Assembly: GCF_007748075.1 (NCBI RefSeq)
Contig: NZ_CP036280.1
Span: 1,770,001-1,802,000 of the forward strand
DNA: 32,000 nt
From: Mucisphaera calidilacus
Lineage (GTDB): Bacteria > Planctomycetota > Phycisphaerae > Phycisphaerales > Phycisphaeraceae
Reading direction: 5' to 3'
Shown: positions 22,753 through 29,002 of the stretch, piece after piece
How positions within the stretch are numbered: position 1 is the first letter of the stretch
Layout of the letters: every line of letters begins with the position of its first letter
Translations under genes and position numbers: made by a program
The notes under the pieces: model-generated
Database searches by the model: none
What the model was told of the DNA's origin: nothing
What the model saw: only the letters and a program-made list of their open reading frames with translations

Positions 22753-23694
22753 ATGCATCGTGAGAAAGGTCATTGGTCTTCGCTGAGCGTGACGATCGTG
22801 TCGCTCACCGCCCTGGTCTGCGTTCAGCCCACCGTCGGGGCGGTGCTGATCGGCGTCGATCCTTTTGACGGTGCTCGAGGTCAGCTCTACACCCTGTCGC
22901 CGCGAGCTGCGTTCACAGACCCCCCCGAGACACCCGTCGCCTTCCGCGCCACGCTCCGCCGCCCCTTCGGCTCCGGCGATACCCGCGGCATCGTTGTGCA
23001 GGACCTCGCCTTCGACCCCTTCGGCGGCATCCTCTACGGCCTAGACGGCGCAAACGACGAACTCGTCACGATCAATCCCGACACCGGCATCGTCGAAGTC
23101 ATCGGCCCGATCACCGACATCGGTAGTACCAACGGCCTCGTCTATCTCCCATTCCTCAACAGCCTCGCGACCATCGACCTGTTCACATCTGACGGGATCA
23201 ACTTCTCCAACGGGCTCGTGCTCATCGACCCTGCCACCGCAGAGACGAATTTCATCGGCACCTTCGCCGACGCAACTTCGCCAACGACTTTTGACGGGCT
23301 CGGGGTCAACGGCCTGCTCTACCAGCAAGCCACCAATACACTCATCTCCGTAAGTGATGGCCCGTTAGGCTCCAACGGCGTCGTCGTCGCCTACGACCTC
23401 GACTCACTGGAAGCCTTCATCGTCGGCGGCACCTCCGGCCCGCAACTCAGCCTCGCGCAGACCCCCGACGGCAGCGTCTTCTCGACCGAGTTCCTCTCGG
23501 CTGGCCTGCTTAACGACTTCGAACTCGACCTGCTACCCGAAGTCGCGCCGGATTCGGCCAACATCGATCTCGACTTCGACTCCGGCACGCTCTTCCTCAC
23601 TGGCATCGCCTCGATCGAACTCATCCCCGAGCCAGCGACCGCGACGCTGCTGACTATCGGTTGCTTCACGCTCGCGCGTCGCCTGGGTTACTGA
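22753..23694 (+). CDS. Secreted PEP-CTERM protein (313 aa), function unknown
   Basis: AGGAGG lies 6 nt upstream of the ATG. The N-terminal hydrophobic segment is SLSVTIVSLTALVCVQPTVGA. The body has repeated LYGLDGANDELVTINPDTG-type beta-propeller-like strands. The C-terminus ELIPEPATATLLTIGCFTLARRLGY is a PEP-CTERM motif plus TM segment plus basic tail (nt 23623..23691). Codons are C-ending, like the core genes. Confidence 0.85.
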   Translation: MHREKGHWSSLSVTIVSLTALVCVQPTVGAVLIGVDPFDGARGQLYTLSPRAAFTDPPETPVAFRATLRRPFGSGDTRGIVVQDLAFDPFGGILYGLDGANDELVTINPDTGIVEVIGPITDIGSTNGLVYLPFLNSLATIDLFTSDGINFSNGLVLIDPATAETNFIGTFADATSPTTFDGLGVNGLLYQQATNTLISVSDGPLGSNGVVVAYDLDSLEAFIVGGTSGPQLSLAQTPDGSVFSTEFLSAGLLNDFELDLLPEVAPDSANIDLDFDSGTLFLTGIASIELIPEPATATLLTIGCFTLARRLGY

Positions 23695-24033
23695 TCGTCA
23701 ACGCGCCAGCACGCAAAAACACCATAACATGCTCATAGCCACGCGATTTGTTGCGCACCTCCCCGGATTCCGATCCATCTTGAATACTCGTTCTCGGTGA
23801 GGATTTGGACCTTGTTTGGCAGGGCGTTGTTGACGGAGAATCCAGATTTGCGACGGAGAAGATGGCGATCGTGTGCTGCAAGATACTACAGCTAAATTGG
23901 ACACGACCAAGAACTGCGGGGTCTCAGACCGCACGTATTTAATTGGTATGGCTGTCGGGATTGCTGACCTGCCCCCTCAATCTGATCCATTTCTTAGACT
24001 TAGTTCTGAGACATGGATCAAGGAGGATCAGGC

Positions 24034-24333
24034 ATGGGACGCAAGCGTCATTCAGCGGAGGAGATCGTGAACAAGCTTCGAGAGGCGGAGGTGTTGATGA
24101 GCCAAGGGTCCTCAGTGGCCGGGGCCTGCAAGCAGCTGGGCGTTCACGAGCAGACGTACTACAAGTGGCGACGAGAGTACGGGGGATTGAAGACCGACCA
24201 GGCCAAACGGTTTAAGGAGTTGGAGCAGGAGAACGGCCGGCTCAAGAAGCTTGTGGCGGAGCTGAGTCTGGACAAGCAGATCCTGGAGGAGGTCGCCAAG
24301 GGACGCTTTAGCGCTGCGCAGCACAACTTCTGA
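24034..24333 (+). CDS. IS3-family transposase OrfA (HTH + leucine zipper)
   Basis: AGGAGG at 24021..24026. The protein reads MGRKRHSAEEIVNKLREAEVLMSQGSSVAGACKQLGVHEQTYYKWRREYGGLKTDQAKRFKELEQENGRLKKLVAELSLDKQILEEVAKG, a classic IS3/IS911-type OrfA. Confidence 0.9.
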   Translation: MGRKRHSAEEIVNKLREAEVLMSQGSSVAGACKQLGVHEQTYYKWRREYGGLKTDQAKRFKELEQENGRLKKLVAELSLDKQILEEVAKGRFSAAQHNF

Positions 24334-25222
24334 GCCCGCGGAAGACGCGTCAGGCGGTCGCGGCGGTTCGTGACCGTCTGGGCGTGTCGGAGAGGCGGGC
24401 GTGCAAGACACTGGGACAGCCTCGTTCGACGCAGCGTTACGCGCCGAGCGAGCGTGATGACGAGAAGCCGCTGACACGTCGGATCATCGATCCGGCGGCG
24501 GCGTTCGGCCGTTACGGTTATCGAAGGATTACGGCGTTGCTCAGACGGGAAGGCTGGCGTGTGAACCACAAGCGTGTCGAGCGGATCTGGAAGCGAGAGG
24601 GCCTGAAGGTGCCGAAGAAGCAGCCCAAGCGCGGCCGGTTGTGGCTCAACGACGGTTCGTGTGTTCGGCTGCGACCGACGCACAAGGACCACGTCTGGGC
24701 GTACCCCCGGGATGGTCGGTCCATGATCTTCTTGTTCTAGCCTTCCGGGGGCGCATGCTGGCGATTGTGGATGAATACACCCGCGAATGCCTGGCGTTGG
24801 ACGTGGATCGACAGCTTAAGAGTGACGATGTCCTTGAGCGGTTGGCGTGGCTCATGGCGACGCGGAGCGTACCTGAGTACATCCGCTCAGATAACGGGCC
24901 GGAATTTACTGCGAAGGTCGTCCGGGGTTGGCTTAAGCGTGTGGGCGTCAAGACGCTCTTCATCGAGCCGGGGTCGCCTTGGGAAAACGGCTATGTGGAG
25001 AGCTTCAACGGCAAGCTGAGGGATGAACTGCTCAACGGCGAGCTCTTGTACACGCTCAAGGAAGCGAAGGTCCTCATCGAGCGGTGGCGACGTCATTACA
25101 ACACGATCCGGCCTCATTCGTCGCTGGACAACCGGCCACCCGCACCCGAAACCATCACTGCAGAGCCGCCCTCCGCTACGCTACGGACAGCTCTGGAACC
25201 CCTGGAGATCAGCCAGTGGTAA
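24312..25222 (+). pseudogene. IS3-family transposase OrfB (DDE/rve core), disrupted
   Basis: The -1 frame opens after TAG 24309..24311. It reads ...LLSPRKTRQAVAAVRDRLGVSERRACKTLGQPRSTQRY...RPTHKDHVWAY and then hits TAG at 24738..24740. The integrase core resumes in a different frame (RMLAIVDEYTRECLALDVD, IRSDNGPEFTA, PGSPWENGYVESFNGKLRDELL, RPHSSL) and runs to TAA 25220..25222. An extra frame break therefore sits near 24700..24745, where the first catalytic Asp region (W-x-Y-D-F-V type) should be. Confidence 0.8.
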
Positions 25223-25257
25223 GCGTTACGGCTGGCACAACAACCGGGGGCAGGTCA

Positions 25258-25649
25258 CCCTCGTGATCGTCCAAGTCCGTGATCGTGCGGCTCGTGCGCG
25301 GGCCCCCTTTTTTACGGCCCCCCGCGGCGGCCGGCTGAGCGCGGAGGCTCGAGCCGTCGATGTCGAACTACGACCAGTCGATGCGGCCCTGCTCATCGCG
25401 TTACAGTTGCAGCGTGCTGTGGATGCGTTCGATCAGTCCGTCACGCGTCCAGCATCAGTAGCGGTGATAGACGCACTGCCACTTGCCGTAGCGTAGCGGC
25501 ATGTCCCGCCAGGGCGCGCTGCTGTTGAGCACCCAGAACATGCCGTTGCGGGTGGTGCGGTGATCGTTCCAGCGCCTGCCCGGCTTGGGGGCGAGCATCA
25601 GCGGCCCGAGTCGCACCCACGCCTCGTCGGTCAGTTTGTAGCGTCGCAT
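25258..25649 (-). pseudogene. IS5-family (IS427/DUF4096-type) transposase pseudogene, 3'-truncated by the IS3 element
   Basis: From ATG 25649..25647 the frame reads MRRYKLTDEAWVRLGPLMLAPKPGRRWNDHRTTRNGMFWVLNSSAPWRDMPLRYGKWQCVYHRY. The same frame continues as *CWTRDGLIERIHSTLQL*RDEQGRIDWS*FDIDGSSLRAQPAAAGGRKKGGP..., which still follows the family pattern. It is interrupted by TGA (25455..25457), TAA (25401..25403) and TAG (25368..25370), translated by hand. The sequence stops abruptly at the IS3 right end (25257). Confidence 0.8.
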
Positions 25650-25652
25650 CGG

Positions 25653-25675
25653 TGACCTCCCTGTCAGGGAGGTCA
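25653..25675. promoter_or_regulatory. Perfect 11+1+11 palindrome covering the RBS of the IS5-type transposase
   Basis: tgacctccctg t cagggaggtca. On the minus strand the GGAGG inside the 3' arm lies 6 nt upstream of the ATG at 25649. Confidence 0.35.
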
Positions 25676-25750
25676 TCATCGCAGCCGCATCACACCAGCG
25701 CAAGCGCCTAACAAGCGCCGCGCAGACGAGCCGTAAAACTCGGCCTGGAG

Positions 25751-25813
25751 CTGAGTAATAGATCCAGGAGGATTAGCCATGGGACGCGAGCGTCATTTGA
25801 CGGAGGAGATCGT
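25751..25813 (+). mobile_element. Relic of the left (orfA 5') end of a second, diverged IS3-family element
   Basis: 25751..25813 aligns without gaps to 24006..24068 (RBS plus the first codons of orfA) at 53/63 identities by hand count: MGRERHLTEEIV versus MGRKRHSAEEIV. Similarity ends abruptly after 25813, and no terminal IR is present upstream. Confidence 0.5.
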
Positions 25814-26061
25814 CATCAAACCAGAGGAGAACAAGACGTCCGAACTCTACACAGCGACCCCGCCAGCCGTGGCCAACGAGGAAGTGTCCCAATCAGGCCA
25901 TTCGACCATCGGACCGCAGTCAGTGAAGACGTCAGTACTGGCGCAGGCCAACACGTTCAAGAACCGCCCTACCGACCCCGAAAATGCCATAAACACAGTA
26001 GAGCACCGGACATCTGGTCCGATGCGCTCGCATTTTCTAAGCGCAGTACTTACAGAGACTT

Positions 26062-26109
26062 AAGCGAGGGTGACGGGACTCGAACCCGCAACCTTCGGAT
26101 CGACAGTCC
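26062..26109. repeat. 48-bp repeat copy inside/adjacent to the intact tRNA-Asp (putative proximal att site)
   Basis: Identical to 19052..19099. It covers tRNA nucleotides 30-74 (5' strand of the anticodon stem through the discriminator) plus 3 nt of trailer. Confidence 0.92.
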
Positions 26110-26138
26110 GATGCTCTAACCAATTGAGCTACACCCCC
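26065..26138 (-). tRNA. tRNA-Asp (anticodon GUC)
   Basis: Hand-folded from the reverse complement: GGGGGTG TA GCTC AATTGGTTA GAGC A TCGGA CTGTCGA TCCGA AGGTT GCGGG TTCGAGT CCCGT CACCCTC G. All four stems pair, with two G-U pairs. It has a TTCGA T-loop, anticodon GTC and discriminator G. CCA is not encoded. Confidence 0.93.
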
Positions 26139-26277
26139 GACAGCGGCGAACCGCGTCGAGACGGAAAACTGTAACCGATCCCCGGCCCCTGTCAACTCGG
26201 CCAACAGGCTCGTTCAAAACCGGGCCAGATCGACTTCGGAGCACGCGGATCGGGCAAGTGGGGTAACCCCGCTGCGC

Positions 26278-26308
26278 AAGAAAAACCCCGGGCCGCGAGG
26301 GCCTGGGG
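26278..26308 (-). terminator. Rho-independent terminator downstream of the oxidoreductase gene
   Basis: The minus strand reads CCCCAGGCC-CTCGC-GGCCCGGGG followed by TTTTTCTT. The stem is 9 bp with one mismatch, and it starts ~27 nt after the stop codon at 26335..26337. Confidence 0.6.
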
Positions 26309-26334
26309 CACGGACGAGATCCTGATTAGCTGCA

Positions 26335-27543
26335 TTACTTCACTTCGCTGAGCTTCACCGCCGAGCGATGCTTTGCCGACAGCACCACCGCCTCCATGAC
26401 ACGCTGGGTCATGTACGCGTCCGCAAAATCCGGGATCGGCGCCGAGACCTTTTTCCCCGCAATCGCACGACACGTGTCGGCCAACTGGTTCACAAACCCG
26501 TGCTCGTAGCCCAGCCCGTGACCCACCGGCCACCAGTTGCCGACGTAAGGGTGACCCGCCGAACCGTCAGTCACATCAATCGTGCTCCAGCCCTGCAGAC
26601 CGGCTTCCAGCGTGTTGTCGTACCACTCAAGTTCGTTCATCCGGTTGAAACCAAAACGCACCGCACCCTTCTCGCCGTGGATCTCGATACGGTTGCCATT
26701 CTTGTCACCGGTCGACAAACGAGTCGCCTCGAACGTTGCGATCGCACCGCCCTTGAAACGAGCCGTAAACACACAGGCATCATCCACCGTGCTCCGGCCC
26801 ATCTTCGGCTTGCGCTTCCGCTTGCCTCCCCCCTTCAGCGACGCCGCCTTCGACGCCACGTCATCGACGATCGCCCGCTCCTTGATGAACGTCTCCATCA
26901 TCGCACCCGTCACCTCCGTGATCTCGTCGCAGGTGATGAAGCGTGACGCGTCAATGATGTGCGCCCCCAGATCGCCCAACGCACCGGAGCCGGCATCCTT
27001 ACCGCGGAAACGCCACAACAACGGCGTCTCGGGACCTCCCCAATCCTGCTTGTAAACACAACGCACGTGGTAGATCCGGCCGAGTTTCCCGCGCTCTACC
27101 AAGTGACGTGCAAACGCCACCGCGGGAACACGGCGGTAATTGAACCACACGAACGTCTTGCACTTCCGCGCCTTCCTCGCCGCCTCGAGCATCACCCGAG
27201 CATCGTCCAGCGTCCCCGCCAGCGGCTTCTCGCACGCCACGTGCTTGCCCGCCTCCAACGCCGCGATCGACTGATCCGCATGAAGATGATTAGGCGTGCT
27301 AACGTCCACCAGACCCACCTCAGGGTCCGCCACCGCCTCCCGCCAGTCTGTCGTCGTACGCTCCCAGCCCCACCGCTTGGCGAACGCACGCAGGTCCTTG
27401 GGATCACGGGCAGCAGCGATCAGCATCCGCGGGTTCAGAGGCAGCGAGAAAAACTTCGCGACGTTCAGATAAGCATTCGAGTGCGCCTTACCCATGAACT
27501 TCGAGCCGAGCAGGGCAACACCTAAGTCTGAGGATCTGGCCAT
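26335..27543 (-). CDS. Gfo/Idh/MocA-family NAD(P)-dependent oxidoreductase
   Basis: The track ORF extends to 27651. The ATG at 27543 has GGAG 8 nt upstream and gives MARSSDLGVALLGSKFMGKAHSNAY..., a Rossmann start. Family motifs: VDVSTPNHLHADQSIAALEAGKHVACEKPLA, plus a C-terminal alpha/beta dimerisation domain. Confidence 0.9.
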   Translation of the reverse strand: MARSSDLGVALLGSKFMGKAHSNAYLNVAKFFSLPLNPRMLIAAARDPKDLRAFAKRWGWERTTTDWREAVADPEVGLVDVSTPNHLHADQSIAALEAGKHVACEKPLAGTLDDARVMLEAARKARKCKTFVWFNYRRVPAVAFARHLVERGKLGRIYHVRCVYKQDWGGPETPLLWRFRGKDAGSGALGDLGAHIIDASRFITCDEITEVTGAMMETFIKERAIVDDVASKAASLKGGGKRKRKPKMGRSTVDDACVFTARFKGGAIATFEATRLSTGDKNGNRIEIHGEKGAVRFGFNRMNELEWYDNTLEAGLQGWSTIDVTDGSAGHPYVGNWWPVGHGLGYEHGFVNQLADTCRAIAGKKVSAPIPDFADAYMTQRVMEAVVLSAKHRSAVKLSEVK

Positions 27544-27594
27544 GATGACACTCCGGATGTGAGAAGCGAAATAACAACGTACACCTGAAGGGCG

Positions 27595-27634
27595 CAGAAT
27601 AACCCGCCGAGGCGGAATCATCACCTCAGGCGGG
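27595..27634 (-). terminator. Possible terminator hairpin after the 141-aa gene
   Basis: The minus strand reads CCCGCCTGAGG-(11 nt)-CCTCGGCGGG, about 10 bp with one bulge, followed by TTATTCT. Confidence 0.4.
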
Positions 27635-27658
27635 TCACACGCCCCCGACAATCAACCA

Positions 27659-28084
27659 TCACTTCACCTTGTAACGTCCGCCACGCTCACCCTTGGCCGC
27701 CACACGCACTAACTGCTTGTTCTTGACCAGACGCGTGATCGTGTTGTCCGCCTTGCCGCCACGGCCTTCCTTCTGCCAGTGCGCGTTGATCTCCTTCGCC
27801 GCGGGCGGCGTCTTGCAGCCCTTCACAAAGCCAAGGATCGACTCCTCGCCCGTCACCTTGAACGTGCCACGCTTGCGGCGACGGCCCGCTGGACGCCCGG
27901 GCTTGCGCCCCGGAGCCGAGGCGCGACGGCTGCCACCTCCCCGTGCAGTGTCAGAAACCTCCAGACCCAGTTGAGCGAACGTCTTGTCGATCTCCGCGAT
28001 CGCGGCCACGTGCTCCGAACGCTGCTGCTTCAGCGACCCGATCAGCTTCTGAAGTTCTGCCACACCGGTTACGGCCTTTGCCAT
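27659..28084 (-). CDS. Small basic DNA-binding-type protein (coiled-coil N-term, AT-hook-like Arg/Gly/Pro tract, H1/H5-like winged-helix-looking C-term)
   Basis: 141 aa with host-like codons. It contains MAKAVTGVAELQKLIGSLKQQRSEHVAAIAEIDKTFAQLG (heptad-like), GRKPGRPAGRRRKRG (GRP core flanked by basic residues) and ILGFVKGCKTPPAAKEINAHWQKEGRGGKADNTITRLVKNKQLVRVAAKGERGGRYKV. The function call is inference only. Confidence 0.7.
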   Translation of the reverse strand: MAKAVTGVAELQKLIGSLKQQRSEHVAAIAEIDKTFAQLGLEVSDTARGGGSRRASAPGRKPGRPAGRRRKRGTFKVTGEESILGFVKGCKTPPAAKEINAHWQKEGRGGKADNTITRLVKNKQLVRVAAKGERGGRYKVK

Positions 28085-28234
28085 GCCACACTCCTGTCAG
28101 GGGAATACAAAACCAGATCAGTACACTCAAAATATACTATCAAAAACAAGCGTGAAAGCATAACACGATTCTTACAGAATCGCACACACAGCCGCAACAG
28201 CCCCCAAAACACAACAACACGCAAGGCAAACAAC

Positions 28235-28708
28235 CTACAACGGCATGCCCGTCACACGACCCTCAAACACGATCGTGTCACCCACCAGGCCCTGTACATC
28301 ACAGATCGAGCGACGCTTGCGGAACTCAACCTCCAACGCAAGTATCACCAGCCGATCACCCGGCACCACCTGCCCGCGGAATCGGAAGTTGTCCGCGCCG
28401 ACGAACCCCAGAAAATCCACGCCCTCCATACGCATCAGGTACAGAAGGCTGCAGACCTGGGCCGCCGCCTCGATCATCAGCACGCCCGGGAAAATCGGAC
28501 GACCCGGGATGTGACCCGGACCCCAGAACTCGTCGTCGCGGATCTCGCGGATCGCCACCATCCGATCAAGACCGGGCGAGTGGTAGGCCACGTGGTCGAT
28601 CATGCGCATCACGCCGCGATGCGGATTGACCGCCTCGATCTGCTCCGCCGTCAAAGCAGGCTCGGGCGGATTCAGATCGGGAAGCTCGAAAAGAAGAGTC
28701 GGTGCCAT
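28235..28708 (-). CDS. fabZ: FabZ/FabA-like (3R)-hydroxyacyl-ACP dehydratase (hot-dog fold)
   Basis: 157 aa. NPHRGVMRMIDHV, then FWGPGHIPGRPIFPGVLMIEAAAQ, which matches the FabZ active-site region (H-F-P-x-x-P-x-x-P-G-V-L-x-I-E-A-x-A-Q). The start lies 11 nt after the Hc1-like gene stop. Confidence 0.8.
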   Translation of the reverse strand: MAPTLLFELPDLNPPEPALTAEQIEAVNPHRGVMRMIDHVAYHSPGLDRMVAIREIRDDEFWGPGHIPGRPIFPGVLMIEAAAQVCSLLYLMRMEGVDFLGFVGADNFRFRGQVVPGDRLVILALEVEFRKRRSICDVQGLVGDTIVFEGRVTGMPL

Positions 28709-28719
28709 GCGCTCGTTCG

Positions 28720-28899
28720 TTACTCAGCTTCGTTTCGGGTCTCCAGGACTTCCTTGCGAAGGTCCTGCGCGATGTTCTTCACGTCCTGCATCGACTTGCG
28801 AACACGCGTGCCCGCCGCCTTGTTACCCCCCGCGGCCTTGCGAACATCATCCTCGATGGATTCGATCATTTCCTTGAGACGCTGGTACGTATCGAGCAT
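28720..28899 (-). CDS. Hc1-type histone H1-like protein, N-terminal-domain-only (59 aa)
   Basis: The internal ATG at 28899 of the track ORF 28720..29085 gives MLDTYQRLKEMIESIEDDVRKAAGGNKAAGTRVRKSMQDVKNIAQDLRKEVLETRNEAE. From memory, the ...ES(I/V)..D..KA..GNKAA..RVR... core is the conserved N-terminal domain of chlamydial Hc1. The longer upstream extension is W/R/C-rich junk that overlaps the cobA-hemD 3' end. Confidence 0.72.
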   Translation of the reverse strand: MLDTYQRLKEMIESIEDDVRKAAGGNKAAGTRVRKSMQDVKNIAQDLRKEVLETRNEAE

Positions 28900-29002
28900 A
28901 TCTTTTCCCTGTATAGCAGGTGGACAGAAAGGCAGTTTGACGCCCCAGCCTAGCGAGCACCACGCACATCGGCAAGCAATAACACCCGACGCCCCCCCGA
29001 CC

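Larger units (their letters stand above)
23965..25257 (+). mobile_element. IS3-family insertion sequence (1293 bp), probably non-autonomous
   Basis: There is a 12-bp perfect terminal inverted repeat: TGACCTGCCCCC at 23965..23976 and its complement gggggcaggtca at 25246..25257, giving the TG...CA termini typical of IS3. Internal orfA and orfB are in the 0/-1 frame arrangement. I found no target-site duplication (flanks ttgc / ccct). Confidence 0.85.

Noticed and set aside
22422-23934. Small ORFs 22422..22619 (-), 23666..23881 (-), 23698..23934 (-) and 23873..24070 (+) in AT-richer spacers
   Set aside because: They have no RBS, no motifs, and basic low-complexity products. They might be further mobile-element debris, but I cannot support that from the sequence alone.
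24312-24333. Programmed -1 frameshift site (A6G-type slippery heptamer) in the orfA/orfB overlap
   Set aside because: The 22-nt overlap (cgctgcgcagcacaacttctga) contains no X-XXY-YYZ heptamer that I can see, so I make no claim of functional frameshifting.
23961-25261. Target-site duplication flanking the IS3-family element
   Set aside because: The flanks are ttgc (left) and ccct (right), with no 3-5 bp direct repeat.
25816-26061. Looked for a tyrosine-integrase remnant next to the tRNA-Asp 3' end
   Set aside because: I hand-translated all three minus-strand frames; the plus strand here is only the 94-aa track ORF. All are short and unrecognisable, with no R..HxxR..Y-type motifs. I cannot exclude a highly degraded remnant without a profile search.
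25779-26063. 94-aa plus-strand ORF
   Set aside because: Only its first 12 codons resemble IS3 OrfA. The rest is unrelated low-complexity sequence that runs into the tRNA trailer, so it is most likely a relic-derived chance ORF.
26368-27525. Plus-strand ORFs 26368..26946, 26582..27055 and 26959..27525
   Set aside because: They are antisense to the Gfo/Idh/MocA oxidoreductase gene.
28166-28182. 7-bp inverted repeat cgattct-tac-agaatcg between fabZ and the 141-aa gene, considered as a terminator
   Set aside because: The stem is short and AT-containing, and no adjacent T-tract lies on the transcribed strand. It could be an operator or chance. It is mentioned under the histone-like finding only.
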